Part shown: positions 1 to 10,093 of the stretch, piece after piece
How the letters are laid out: every line of letters begins with the position of its first letter
Position numbering within the stretch: the first letter of the stretch is position 1
NCBI GenBank assembly: GCA_004195035.1
Contig: SGBD01000001.1
Coordinates: forward strand, 384,368 to 416,367
Source: Candidatus Acidulodesulfobacterium ferriphilum
GTDB taxonomy: Bacteria; SZUA-79; Acidulodesulfobacterales; Acidulodesulfobacteraceae
Reading direction: 5' to 3'
Length of the DNA stretch: 32,000 nt
Translations under genes and position numbers: made by a program
Notes under the pieces: model-generated
Databases searched by the model: none
Told to the model about the DNA's origin: nothing
Seen by the model: only the letters and a program-made list of their open reading frames with translations

Positions 1-53
1 GAAGCAAATATATCCCCTGAAAGTTCTCCTGCGATAATAAGTACTTTTGCCAA
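1..53 (-). CDS. lpxB: Lipid-A-disaccharide synthase LpxB, N-terminal fragment (continues beyond window start)
   Basis: Reverse complement of 1-53 reads (TTG)AKVLIIAGELSGDIFA.., matching the glycosyltransferase N-terminus AGExSGD of LpxB. It sits directly downstream of lpxI in a classical lpx cluster. The TTG start is tentative. Confidence 0.72.
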   Translation of the reverse strand, partial: MAKVLIIAGELSGDIFA

Positions 54-85
54 TTTTCGTCGGGCTTTAATAGTTTAACATAAAT

Positions 86-889
86 TTACATTACATATAT
101 GGAAATGGATGATTCGTTCGCCTTTTTAATAAACTCTTCTTTGTTTAGAACAATAGTGTTGGCTTCGAATGCTAAACAAGTAGCATTAACCGACATAAGT
201 GCATCTATCGTATTGCCGCCGACGGCAGGAACATCAAATCTTAAATCCTGGTTCGGCTTGTTGACTTTTACGACGACAGCCCCGCCGCTTGCAAGTTTTC
301 CTCCTCTTATAATTGCTTCATCCGTTCCCTCTATCGCTTCTAATGCCATAACTGATTTATCCTTTATAACGGCGGTCTGTCCAATATCGGCGGCGGCAAT
401 CAATCTTGCGGCATTCAATCCAAAGCCGATATCGTCCATTTCTTTTTTAGTGGGAACCCGTTTAGAAGCAACGCCCTTTGGCAGGAAAATAGAGGTTATA
501 TACTTAGTTTGCGGAACTACGGTTATGCCTTCTTTTTCAAAGAAATTGCAAATTGCGTTCAAGATAGTATCATCCCTTTTATCTTTAAGCGATAAAAAAA
601 GCGTGATAGCCTTTAAATCCGGTTTGACCTTTTTAAACATAAGGGTTTTTTTTACCTTGCCTGCCATAATTACATCTCTAACCCCAACGGAATTAAAAAA
701 TTTTACCAATTTTCCGAGCTGGCCGACGCTTATATAAACAATCGAATCCGTATGCTCCGCCAAACCCTTGTCGGCTTCTTCCTCTATCGCGCACACATGC
801 ACGGAATACCCTTTGGATTTTAGTTCATTTATGTATATTAAAGGAAACTCTCCGTAACCGGCAATTATTCCAATATTTTTATCTTCCAT
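86..889 (-). CDS. lpxI: UDP-2,3-diacylglucosamine pyrophosphatase LpxI (DUF1009 family)
   Basis: 267-aa ORF 'NIGIIAGYGEFPLIYINELKSKG...' with '..VMAGKVKK..' and C-terminal 'GGNTIDALMSVNATCLAFEANTIVLNKEEFIKKAN', plus lpx cluster context. Confidence 0.9.
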   Translation of the reverse strand: MEDKNIGIIAGYGEFPLIYINELKSKGYSVHVCAIEEEADKGLAEHTDSIVYISVGQLGKLVKFFNSVGVRDVIMAGKVKKTLMFKKVKPDLKAITLFLSLKDKRDDTILNAICNFFEKEGITVVPQTKYITSIFLPKGVASKRVPTKKEMDDIGFGLNAARLIAAADIGQTAVIKDKSVMALEAIEGTDEAIIRGGKLASGGAVVVKVNKPNQDLRFDVPAVGGNTIDALMSVNATCLAFEANTIVLNKEEFIKKANESSISIYVM

Positions 890-898
890 AAATAAAAG

Positions 899-1669
899 TT
901 ACCTTGTTATGCCCCTTTTGGATTTTTCGATAAAATTAGTAAACTTTTCTATTTTATCCGAACCGTTTAACTCCAGTTTTATTTTTTCTAATGCGGCTTT
1001 GGTGGTAACTTTTGATTTATATATAATTTTAAAGGCATTTTTTATTTTATCTATTTCTTCTTTTGAAAAACCCCTCCTTTCCAAGCCTATTCTATTTATC
1101 CCGTATATCCTTGCCCTGTCTCCAGATGCAATAAGATACGGCGGAATATCCTGAACAACCATCGAACCGCCGGCAACTAAAGCCGATTCGCCGACTCTGA
1201 CAAACTGATGAACGGCGCAAATACCTCCCAATATGGCATAATCGTGAATCTCGATATGGCCCGCTAATGTCGCATTATTTGCGAGAATTACATGATTACC
1301 GATAATACAATCATGCGCCACATGAACATGCATCATAAACAGGTTAGAATCGCCGACCGCGGTAATACCGTTTCCCGTTACGGTTCCGGTATTAAATGTC
1401 GCATATTCCCTTATGATGTTATTATTGCCTATGATAAGTTTTGTATCTTCCCCTCTGTATTTAAGGTCCTGCGGAATTGAACCTATAGAAGCAAATTGAA
1501 ATATTTTATTGTTATCCCCTATCGTGGTATTTCCTTCTATAACGACATGGGAAGCGATTTTATTATTCTTGCCGATTTTTACGCCGTCTTTGATAACGGT
1601 ATATGGCCCTACATCCGTTGAGTCGTCTATTCTGGCGCCTTCATAAATAATTGCGGTTTTATCTATCAT
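899..1669 (-). CDS. lpxA: Acyl-ACP--UDP-N-acetylglucosamine O-acyltransferase LpxA
   Basis: 256-aa left-handed beta-helix hexapeptide repeats, 'ASIGSIPQDLKYRGEDTKLIIGNNNIIREYATFNTGT', 'MHVHVAHDC'. Confidence 0.95.
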   Translation of the reverse strand: MIDKTAIIYEGARIDDSTDVGPYTVIKDGVKIGKNNKIASHVVIEGNTTIGDNNKIFQFASIGSIPQDLKYRGEDTKLIIGNNNIIREYATFNTGTVTGNGITAVGDSNLFMMHVHVAHDCIIGNHVILANNATLAGHIEIHDYAILGGICAVHQFVRVGESALVAGGSMVVQDIPPYLIASGDRARIYGINRIGLERRGFSKEEIDKIKNAFKIIYKSKVTTKAALEKIKLELNGSDKIEKFTNFIEKSKRGITR

Positions 1670-1696
1670 AAACCCTTTTATCCTTAAATATATTTT

Positions 1697-2164
1697 TTAT
1701 GGTTTTACAAAAGAAGCCATAAGGTCTGCCTCTGCGCATAATTTTCCGTCAACTAAGGCTTTCCCGTGAAACATCCATATAAACTGCTTTCTTTTAACAA
1801 GCTCGACATTCAATACTATAGTGCTTCCAGGGAAAATCGGTTTTCTAAATCTTGCCTTATCTATTCCCATAAAATAAGTGAGCATATTTTTTAGATCGTC
1901 GTCTTCTTCCGTTTTATATGCAAGAATTCCCCCTGCCTGAGCTAATGCCTCCAGAATAAGCACTCCTGGCATAACGGGATAGGACGGGAAGTGCCCCTGA
2001 AAAAACGGCTCATTAATTGTGGTATTTTTAATAGCGGTAATAGATTTTCCTTTTTCGAGCGCAATAACCTTATCCACCATAAGAAAAGGAAATCTATGCG
2101 GAAGAAGATTTAGTATCTCCTGAATACCTATTTCCGTTAAATTTGAAGACCCTTCATTAATCAT
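1697..2164 (-). CDS. fabZ: 3-hydroxyacyl-ACP dehydratase FabZ
   Basis: 'LLPHRFPFLMVDKV...EPFFQGHFPSYPVMPGVLILEALAQAGG' hot-dog dehydratase signature. Confidence 0.95.
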   Translation of the reverse strand: MINEGSSNLTEIGIQEILNLLPHRFPFLMVDKVIALEKGKSITAIKNTTINEPFFQGHFPSYPVMPGVLILEALAQAGGILAYKTEEDDDLKNMLTYFMGIDKARFRKPIFPGSTIVLNVELVKRKQFIWMFHGKALVDGKLCAEADLMASFVKP

Positions 2165-2167
2165 TTT

Positions 2168-3211
2168 TTAGTCCCTTGTCTTTTCGATATCTTTTATTCT
2201 TTTAAAAAGTTCGGGGAGTCTTTTGAATAGCACAACCGAACTGCGCCAATCTTTAATAGAAAAAGCCGGGGAACCGGATATGATGTCGTTATCCTTTATG
2301 TTATGCGCAACGCCCGACTGTGCCGCTATTATAACGCCGTTCCCTATCCTGATGTGCCCTGCAATACCCACCTGCCCGCCGATCGTCACATTATCTCCTA
2401 CCTCCGAACTGCCGGCAATTCCGGTTTGTGCGGCAATAACGCAATTGCTGCCGATTATTACATTATGAGCAATCTGGGACAGATTGTCTATCTTTGTTCC
2501 CCTGCCTATTTTAGTAAAATCGGCAACACCCCTATCGACGGTAACATTGGCGCCTAATTCGACATCGTCATCCAGAATAACATAACCTGAATGAATAATT
2601 TTCACATAGCCGTTTTTATCTCTGGCATACCCAAATCCGTCGCTTCCTATAACGGAACCTGAATGAATTATGCAGTTATTACCTATTTTAGAATTGTCGT
2701 AAACGGTAACATTCGGATAAATCTTGACGCTGTCCCCTATCTTAACATTTTTTCCGATAAAAACATTGCTCATTATATTGCAATCTTTACCTATAACCGA
2801 ACCGGCATCTACAAAAACGCCCGGGTATAATATAGAGTTTTCGCTTATTAACGCAGTTTTATCGACTCTGGCATATTGCAGAAAATCCTTAGAAACCGTT
2901 TTGTCTAAACTATTCTTCCCGCTAAATAACTGCGTTGCTTTTGCAAAGGCTAAATAAGGATTTTTTGAGTCGAGTATAAGGAATTTAATTCCCGAAGGAA
3001 GTTCCCGTTTTAAAGACTCGTAATCCATAATTACCGCACAAGCCTTTGTTTCGCTAAGATATTTAAGATATTTTAAATTTGAAATAAACGAAATCTCATC
3101 GCTTTTCGCTCCCTGCAAAGAGCCTGCTCCCGAAATAAAAATATCTGCCGGAAGTTTGCCTATGCTGTGTAAAGATAACTTTGAAACAATGTCGTTAAGC
3201 GGTATGGCCAT
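2168..3211 (-). CDS. lpxD: UDP-3-O-acylglucosamine N-acyltransferase LpxD
   Basis: 347-aa protein with hexapeptide repeats, 'SVIGSDGFGYARDKNGYVKIIHSGYVILDDDVELGANVTVDRG', next to fabZ. Confidence 0.95.
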   Translation of the reverse strand: MAIPLNDIVSKLSLHSIGKLPADIFISGAGSLQGAKSDEISFISNLKYLKYLSETKACAVIMDYESLKRELPSGIKFLILDSKNPYLAFAKATQLFSGKNSLDKTVSKDFLQYARVDKTALISENSILYPGVFVDAGSVIGKDCNIMSNVFIGKNVKIGDSVKIYPNVTVYDNSKIGNNCIIHSGSVIGSDGFGYARDKNGYVKIIHSGYVILDDDVELGANVTVDRGVADFTKIGRGTKIDNLSQIAHNVIIGSNCVIAAQTGIAGSSEVGDNVTIGGQVGIAGHIRIGNGVIIAAQSGVAHNIKDNDIISGSPAFSIKDWRSSVVLFKRLPELFKRIKDIEKTRD

Positions 3212-3260
3212 AAAAAATAAAAATTAAAATACGATTTATATTATATGATATTACAATATC

Positions 3261-3794
3261 TTATTTTGAGTTCATCTGCGTTAAAACTTCATTTGTAATA
3301 TCAATCCCCTGAGCCCTGTAAACTACGCTTGGTCTGTCGATAACAAGCTGGTAGCCGTTTTTCTTTGCAATTGCGGTTATAATAGCAGTGGCTTTATCTA
3401 CTATTCCTTTTAAAAGCGTATATCTTTTTTCTGCCATAGCACCCTGAACATGCTTCTCCTCGGCTCTAAACTTTGAAATATCCGTTTCAAACTCCTTTGT
3501 CTTATGCGCCTTTTCGCTGGCCGACATTATAGAGCCGTTCTGCTTCAAATCATTTTGAATCGCGGCTATTTTTTTTCTCATCGTTAACAATCTGGCGGTA
3601 TATGTGGAATACAAAGCCTTTAGCTCCGCATTAGCTTTTTTGCCCTGATTTGACATCGAAATAATATTTTGCATATTAACTACGGCAATGGAGGAACCCG
3701 CCGCCCATACATTTTTTGAATTTGAATAAGTTAATGCCATGGCGAATAAAGTTAAAATTACCGCAAGACTTAAATTAAAAATTAATCTTTTCAT
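3261..3794 (-). CDS. OmpH/Skp family periplasmic chaperone
   Basis: Signal peptide, then 'IAVVNMQNIISMSNQGKKANAELK', a long helical region and 'KIVDKATAIITAIAKKNGYQLVIDR'. Located between bamA and lpxD. Confidence 0.85.
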   Translation of the reverse strand: MKRLIFNLSLAVILTLFAMALTYSNSKNVWAAGSSIAVVNMQNIISMSNQGKKANAELKALYSTYTARLLTMRKKIAAIQNDLKQNGSIMSASEKAHKTKEFETDISKFRAEEKHVQGAMAEKRYTLLKGIVDKATAIITAIAKKNGYQLVIDRPSVVYRAQGIDITNEVLTQMNSK

Positions 3795-3830
3795 ACAATC
3801 TCCTTGTTTTATTTTTTATTTTTTTTATTG

Positions 3831-6575
3831 CTAAATACCAGGAAAACTCTGACCCAGGCTAAACTGAATCCTCGTCGGATTATTCCCGTTTATCGGCGTT
3901 CCAAGTATTTTGCCATAAGTAATAGTTATGGGTCCAAACGGGGAATACCAGTTAAAACCGATTCCCGCCGCCTGAACGAGGTCCAATGGAAATACCGGTT
4001 CGCTCTGCCCCCATGCATTACCCGCATTCCACCATAAAAATCCATAAAAGCCCATCTTTTTAAGAATGGGTACTGAATATTTTGCCTGAACCGTAAACAT
4101 CTTTGTTCCGCCGATAAGCAAGCCGTTTTGCGAGGGACCGACGGAATCGTACATAAATCCTAAAAGCGGGTATGTATTCATTATACCGCCGACAAAAAAT
4201 CTCTGGTATATCGGCAATGCAACGGAAGACCTGGTTGAAGTTACATAACCTGCCTGCGCCCCCTGCATGAAAGATGTCCCCCACCATAACGGTATATAGT
4301 GGTTTGCCTGCGCTACAAATTTGATAAAATCGTCATTGCCGCCGATCGGGGGACCGGCAAAGCTGACCCTGAAACTGTCTAAATTGCCCGCGGTCGGAAC
4401 CATAGGATTATTTAATGTGTTATAAACGGTCGTTAAAGAAGCCTCGCTCGTTATCAATCTCCCCTGAGGCAAAATATTTAAAAGACCGGGAATTATAACC
4501 GATGTGTCTTCCTCTAAAAGGTACCTAAAATATTCCGTAAGCACATTTTTATAAAGCGGATAACCTAAAGTAATCGAACCGCCGACCGAACGATAGGCAA
4601 ATTCATAGTAAAGACCGTTAAAGGTGTCATATAAAGATAAATTAAACGATAAAGGTTTCGCAAAAATATAAGTAAGGTACGGCTGAAGAATATTAAAACT
4701 ATACGACTGATACGGCCCGCCAACCTGAGCATTTAAAGAGGCGGATATTCCCGTCCCAAATAAATTTGACTCGGAGATTGACGATATTGCCATAAAAGCC
4801 GTGGCAGAGCTATACCCGCCGCCAATCGTAAATTTACCCGTATTCTGTTCCTTAACATGCACTTTGACATCTAATATGCTTTCACCCGGAACCTTTTCGG
4901 TGGTGATGGCGACATGCTTAAAATACATCAAGTTTTTTAAATTTTGTCTCGATATTTTTATAAGCTTTGGGTTATATTCCTCGCCGGGGTAAAGAGCGAG
5001 CGCTCTAAGTATGACATAGCTGTAAGTAACATCATTTCCGGTTATCGTAATTTTGCCGAATTTTGCAATCTTACCCTTATGAACGATTAGTTTAATCAAA
5101 ACAGAATTTGTTTTTTGTCTGATTTTTATGGACGGCTCGACATTCGCAAAGGCATACCCTTTATTTGTGTAGAACTTGGTAATATTCAGTATCTCTTTTT
5201 CTATATATTGCCTGTTAAAAATATCCCCCACTTTTGTGATTATAAGTTTTTTAACGGAAATATATTCCCCCGAATCCTTTTTAACATTTTTTATTTCAAG
5301 GTCAACATTCGATATTCTATACTGCGGCCCTTGGACTATCTTTATGATAATTGTTACATACTTCTTATTTTTAGAGAAAATGAATACGGGTTTTCTGACC
5401 CTTACATTTATATAACCGTGATTATAGTAAAAACCTAATAATTTAATAATCTGGTTATTTAATTTTGCTTTCTTGAACTTTCCCGCACCCGTTATCCATG
5501 TCAGCAGATTAACCGTCTTTATGCCCATCACGGATTGAAGCTTTGCCGAAGGGAAAGAGCTGTTGCCTTCAAATTCAACTTTCTCAACCATTACGGGGGA
5601 ATTTTCGTTTATAAGAAAATGGATGCCGATATAATTGCCTTGAAAGGTTGTCTTTTTTACTTTTATCTTCGCATTATAATATCCCTCGGCCGAATATATA
5701 AATTTAAGAATTTTTAACGCCTTATCTAAGCCATAAGAGCTATAAGGCGAATTAACCTTCAGATTTATTACCTTCTTGATTTTCTTTACGCTTACGGAGG
5801 CGTTTCCCGAATATTTAATGTATTTAATGTACGGTCTTTCGGACACTATAAAAGTAACCGCCAGCCCTTCGGGTACGGCCCGGGCATTAACCATTATATT
5901 TTTAAAATACCCTGTTTTATAAAGGTCTTTAACGCTTTCGTTGATTTTTTTAATCGAATAATAACCCCCTTTTTTTATCTTAATCTTGCTTGCGATAAAT
6001 GAAGCGCCCGTCCTTATATTACCTTTTACCCTGATAGAATAAATCTTTTTTGAAACAGGCACATGCTTTTTGATTTTTTCCGCTTTTAAGCGGCTCAAAA
6101 TTAACGAGGACACCTTTTGGGATAAGGTATAAATGCTTTTTTCCAAAGACTTTTTACCGGCGCCCGAATATTTTACCGTTTTGGAGTTATAAATATCCGC
6201 GGCCTCTATCAGCATGGCATGAATTTCGTAATGAGATCCAAACCTTGCGATGCTGCCTGTTATAATATAATTTGAATGATATTTTATGCCAAGCCTTTTT
6301 ATTCCGGCAAGGTTCATCTTTGTATTAAAATTAAAATACGGCGGTTTTTTAAGGAGCGTGTATGCTAATACAAAGTATGGTTTTTTTGAATCCATATAGG
6401 TTTTAAAAACATCGGTAAACGATTTATCTATATTTTTTAATGCCGGAGTCCCCTTTTGATGGAAAAAACCGACAAACACATCCTTGTTGTTTAATAAGGC
6501 ATAAGCTTTTGTCGAATTTAAAAAAACAACAAAAGAAATGAAAAGTAAAAATAAAGACAATCTGAAAAATTTCAT
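3831..6575 (-). CDS. bamA: Outer membrane protein assembly factor BamA, with an extra N-terminal domain
   Basis: 914 aa with signal peptide, several POTRA domains, and a C-terminal surface-antigen barrel ending '..NGNNPTRIQFSLGQSFPGI'. Residues ~30-165 lie before the first POTRA and look like a TolB-N/CsgG-type fold. Confidence 0.93.
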   Translation of the reverse strand: MKFFRLSLFLLFISFVVFLNSTKAYALLNNKDVFVGFFHQKGTPALKNIDKSFTDVFKTYMDSKKPYFVLAYTLLKKPPYFNFNTKMNLAGIKRLGIKYHSNYIITGSIARFGSHYEIHAMLIEAADIYNSKTVKYSGAGKKSLEKSIYTLSQKVSSLILSRLKAEKIKKHVPVSKKIYSIRVKGNIRTGASFIASKIKIKKGGYYSIKKINESVKDLYKTGYFKNIMVNARAVPEGLAVTFIVSERPYIKYIKYSGNASVSVKKIKKVINLKVNSPYSSYGLDKALKILKFIYSAEGYYNAKIKVKKTTFQGNYIGIHFLINENSPVMVEKVEFEGNSSFPSAKLQSVMGIKTVNLLTWITGAGKFKKAKLNNQIIKLLGFYYNHGYINVRVRKPVFIFSKNKKYVTIIIKIVQGPQYRISNVDLEIKNVKKDSGEYISVKKLIITKVGDIFNRQYIEKEILNITKFYTNKGYAFANVEPSIKIRQKTNSVLIKLIVHKGKIAKFGKITITGNDVTYSYVILRALALYPGEEYNPKLIKISRQNLKNLMYFKHVAITTEKVPGESILDVKVHVKEQNTGKFTIGGGYSSATAFMAISSISESNLFGTGISASLNAQVGGPYQSYSFNILQPYLTYIFAKPLSFNLSLYDTFNGLYYEFAYRSVGGSITLGYPLYKNVLTEYFRYLLEEDTSVIIPGLLNILPQGRLITSEASLTTVYNTLNNPMVPTAGNLDSFRVSFAGPPIGGNDDFIKFVAQANHYIPLWWGTSFMQGAQAGYVTSTRSSVALPIYQRFFVGGIMNTYPLLGFMYDSVGPSQNGLLIGGTKMFTVQAKYSVPILKKMGFYGFLWWNAGNAWGQSEPVFPLDLVQAAGIGFNWYSPFGPITITYGKILGTPINGNNPTRIQFSLGQSFPGI

Positions 6576-6606
6576 TTTAATAACCTATCAAATAATAAAT
6601 TATATG

Positions 6607-7344
6607 TCAATTTATATGTTCTATGATACCGTTTACGATTTTAATTTTATGTCCCATCATATTTGAAAACTCTTCGTCATGAGTAACGACAATCAGCGTC
6701 TTATTATATTTTTTATTTAGATTTATAATTATCTCGTGTAGTTTTTCCGCATGTCTCGGGTCTAAATTACCCGTCGGTTCGTCCATTAAAACAACCTTTG
6801 GAGAGCCTATAAGAGCCCTTGCAATTGCCGCCCTCTGTTGTTCCCCTCCCGAAAGCGTATACGGCTTAAAATTCAGCCTGTGTTCAAGCCCCAGCTCGCA
6901 TAAATAATCGCGCGCAATTTTTAACGCCTTCGCTTTTGGTTCATTCCTTATATATAGCGGCATGGCAACATTTTCAATACAGCTGAATTCGTTTAAAAGA
7001 TAATGAAACTGAAAAACAAAACCTATATTTTCGTTGCGAAATTCGGAAAGTCTTTTATCCGTCAGCCCGTATATATCTGCATTTTCAAAATACCCGACAC
7101 TTCCCGAATCCGGTTTTAAAAGCGTCCCCATAATGTGAAGCAGAGTGCTTTTGCCTGTGCCCGATTCCCCTGTTATTGCAAATGTCTCGCCGGCTTTTAT
7201 TTCTAAATCGGCTGCGTCAAGAATGCTGACGGTTTCGTCCCCCGTTTTAAATATTTTGCTTACCTTCCTTAAGCATATTGCAGGTGAGGTTGGCTCCGCC
7301 GGTCCTGCGGACCGCTGATTTTCAATTCCATGATATTTATTCAT
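6607..7344 (-). CDS. lolD: Lipoprotein-releasing ABC transporter ATP-binding protein LolD
   Basis: Walker A 'GESGTGKST', signature 'LSGGEQQRAAIARAL', Walker B 'VVLMDEPTGNLD'. 8-nt overlap with the lolC/E gene. Confidence 0.92.
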   Translation of the reverse strand: MNKYHGIENQRSAGPAEPTSPAICLRKVSKIFKTGDETVSILDAADLEIKAGETFAITGESGTGKSTLLHIMGTLLKPDSGSVGYFENADIYGLTDKRLSEFRNENIGFVFQFHYLLNEFSCIENVAMPLYIRNEPKAKALKIARDYLCELGLEHRLNFKPYTLSGGEQQRAAIARALIGSPKVVLMDEPTGNLDPRHAEKLHEIIINLNKKYNKTLIVVTHDEEFSNMMGHKIKIVNGIIEHIN

Positions 7345-8581
7345 GTCTTACGCCCTCAGCAGGATCTATTTTGCTTGCTTTATAGGAAGGGTACAGCGTT
7401 GCTATAAAGCTTAAAAAAAGGGCGCTGGATCCGATAACTATAAACTCGCCCGGGGTCATTCTTACAGGCAGGGTTGTTATGTAATAAACAGAGGACGGCA
7501 GGCTTATTATATGATAAGTCTTTTCAAGGTAACCGATTAAAAAACCCGATATAAGCCCGAGCGAAGTTCCGACAAGACCTATTATGATGCCCTGGGCCAT
7601 AAAAATAATCATTATATCCCTCGAACTTGCACCTATAGATTTTAATATGGCTATGTCTTTGCGTTTTTCCATAACAACCATAATCAATGTAGAAATAATA
7701 TTAAATGCCGCCACTAATACAATTAAGGAAAGTATAATAAACATAGTAAGCTTTTCCAATCTTATGGCGGAAAATAGGTTTTTGTTAAGTTCCTCCCAGC
7801 TTAACGCATAAAAAGAGGATGACGGCTTTTTGTTTAATATTCTCTCTATCTTTTTTGCGTAGAGGTTTGCAAGCCCTATCTTATCAAGTTTAACCTCCAT
7901 TCCCGTTACGGTGCCGCGGGGTAATCCCAAAAACATCTGCGCATTTTTTATAGAGATAAAAGAAAATGTGGAGTCGTAATTGTACATGCCGCTGTTTATA
8001 ATTCCGCAAACGGTGAACCTTTCGGTTTTCGGCACAATACCAAACGGGGTCATCTGCCCTTCGGGAGACATTATAAGCACCTTATCCCCTACCGAAACCC
8101 CGAGGTTTTGCGCCAGAACCTTTCCAAGCACTATACCGTTGTACTTTTTGCCGTTAAGCCCGTTTAAACTCCCTTTAATTAAATACTTTTTTAGATTTGT
8201 TACCTTTTCCTCCGTTTTAATATCGATTCCTCTTAAGACGCTGCCTGTTGAGGTACCGGCGGAAGAAATCATAACATCCGTATAAATGAAAGGTGAAACG
8301 CTTTTAACCCCTTTTATGGCGGATATATCTTTCATCACGCCGTCATAATGATTAATGGAGCTGTTATAATTTAAAACAATAATTTGAGATTCGATTCCGA
8401 TAACTTTGTTTTCGAGCGCACGGTCGAAACCGCTCATTACCGATATAACTACAATCAAAGCCATCACGCCTATCGCTATGCCCGATATAGATATAAAACT
8501 CAGCAAAGATATAAAGGAGTTATTTTTCGGCTTTAAATAACGAAGAGCAATATTTGTATGAAAATTCATATCATCGGTCAT
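7337..8581 (-). CDS. Lipoprotein-releasing ABC transporter permease LolC/LolE family
   Basis: 'ALRYLKPKNNSFISLLSFISISGIAIGVMALIVVISVMSGFD' and C-terminal 'LSFIATLYPSYKASKIDPAEGVRHE', next to lolD. Confidence 0.92.
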   Translation of the reverse strand: MTDDMNFHTNIALRYLKPKNNSFISLLSFISISGIAIGVMALIVVISVMSGFDRALENKVIGIESQIIVLNYNSSINHYDGVMKDISAIKGVKSVSPFIYTDVMISSAGTSTGSVLRGIDIKTEEKVTNLKKYLIKGSLNGLNGKKYNGIVLGKVLAQNLGVSVGDKVLIMSPEGQMTPFGIVPKTERFTVCGIINSGMYNYDSTFSFISIKNAQMFLGLPRGTVTGMEVKLDKIGLANLYAKKIERILNKKPSSSFYALSWEELNKNLFSAIRLEKLTMFIILSLIVLVAAFNIISTLIMVVMEKRKDIAILKSIGASSRDIMIIFMAQGIIIGLVGTSLGLISGFLIGYLEKTYHIISLPSSVYYITTLPVRMTPGEFIVIGSSALFLSFIATLYPSYKASKIDPAEGVRHE

Positions 8582-8583
8582 TT

Positions 8584-10074
8584 TTACTTGTTAACGGGTT
8601 TAAGCAACGGAAATAATATAACATCTCTAATGGAATACGAATTCGTTAAAAGCATAACAATCCTGTCTATGCCTATACCGCAGCCGGCAGTGGGGGGAAG
8701 CCCCTGTTTCAGCGCCTCGATGTAGTCGTCGTCCATTTCCACAGGAAGTCCTTCTTTAATTTTTGCATCCACCTGCGACTTAAACCTTTCTTCCTGATCG
8801 AACGGGTCATTAAGCTCCGAAAAGGCATTTCCTATTTCCCTTCCTGCTATGAATAGCTCAAACCTGTCCGCAACCGAGGGATCTTCATCGTTCCTTCTCG
8901 CTAAAGGCGAGCTTTCGACGGGATAATCCGTCACAAAAGTAGGATTTATAAGTTTCGGCTCCACCGTTTCATCGAATAAAAGGGTTAATAGTTCGCCATA
9001 GCTGTCATTTCTGCTTATATTAGAAACATTTTTTGCCGTTAGGATGTCATAAATCTTTGAGGCGGAATCTACTTCTTCGGGCTTGAATCCCGCAATTTCG
9101 AAAAGGCTGTCCTTTAATTTTATTCTTTTAAAGGGGGGAGTAAAATCTAATTTTTCAGAGGCATAGTCGATTTGAAGATTCCCGCAAATATGTTTTGCGA
9201 GTTCGGAAAGCATCTCCTCGACAAAATTCATTAAATATTCGTGCGTCGCGTATGCCATATAAAATTCTAACATCGTAAATTCGGGGTTGTGTTTTACGGA
9301 AATGCCTTCGTTGCGAAAATTTCTCCCAATTTCGTACACCCTGTCAAAGCCGCCTACGACTAATCTTTTTAAATACAACTCTGGCGCTATTCGCATATAA
9401 AGTTCTAAATTAAGGGCGTTATGATGCGTTTTAAAAGGCCTTGCCGTTGCGCCACCCGGGTTAGTCTGCATAACCGGCGTTTCAACCTCTAAAAATTCGT
9501 TGGAATTTAAAAAGGAGCGTATAAAATTAATCGTCTGCGCCCTTTTTTTAAATATCTCGCGCGCCCCCTCGTTTGCTATTAAATCTATATATCTTTTTCT
9601 GAAACGGGCCTCGATGTCCTTAAGCCCGTGCCATTTTTCAGGCAAAGGCAAAATAGATTTAGTCAGGATGCCGATACGCTCTACTTTTATCGTCAGTTCA
9701 TTTGTTTTTGTCCTGAAAAGATGTCCCTCCACCCCGACAATATCTCCCGCATCGATAAATTCGGTAAAAAGCTCAAAATCACCATCTTTTACCGTACCTT
9801 TTTGGATATAACACTGTATCTCCCCTTCGCCGTCCCGAAGCCTGAAAAACGAAGCCTTGCCAAAATTTCTTATGATAAGAATTCTGCCGGCAGTTTTTAC
9901 GCCTGCCGTATTTTTTTCAAAAAACTCTCTGTCTTTTGAATTATATTCGCCTATAATCTCTTTAATATTTTCTTCTTTTATAAAATTATTATCAAAAGGG
10001 TTTATCCCTTTTTCTTTTAATTTTTTTAGCTTTTCAATGCGCCCTTTTTCGACAAGATTTAGCTCCTGTTCCAA
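8584..10074 (-). CDS. lysS: Lysyl-tRNA synthetase, class II
   Basis: 496 aa with class II motifs 'FRNEGISVKHNPEFTMLEFY' and 'GCGIGIDRIVMLLTNSYSIRDVILFP'. Confidence 0.97.
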   Translation of the reverse strand: MEQELNLVEKGRIEKLKKLKEKGINPFDNNFIKEENIKEIIGEYNSKDREFFEKNTAGVKTAGRILIIRNFGKASFFRLRDGEGEIQCYIQKGTVKDGDFELFTEFIDAGDIVGVEGHLFRTKTNELTIKVERIGILTKSILPLPEKWHGLKDIEARFRKRYIDLIANEGAREIFKKRAQTINFIRSFLNSNEFLEVETPVMQTNPGGATARPFKTHHNALNLELYMRIAPELYLKRLVVGGFDRVYEIGRNFRNEGISVKHNPEFTMLEFYMAYATHEYLMNFVEEMLSELAKHICGNLQIDYASEKLDFTPPFKRIKLKDSLFEIAGFKPEEVDSASKIYDILTAKNVSNISRNDSYGELLTLLFDETVEPKLINPTFVTDYPVESSPLARRNDEDPSVADRFELFIAGREIGNAFSELNDPFDQEERFKSQVDAKIKEGLPVEMDDDYIEALKQGLPPTAGCGIGIDRIVMLLTNSYSIRDVILFPLLKPVNK

Positions 10075-10093
10075 ACTAAAGCCCTCCCTATTT

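Noticed and set aside
99-737. 212-aa plus-strand ORF antisense to lpxI
   Set aside because: Reverse-strand shadow of a well-supported gene, with no coherent domain.
5115-5717. Plus-strand ORFs of 60-107 aa within bamA
   Set aside because: Antisense shadow ORFs in an AT-rich gene, with biased hydrophobic/aromatic content and no family match.
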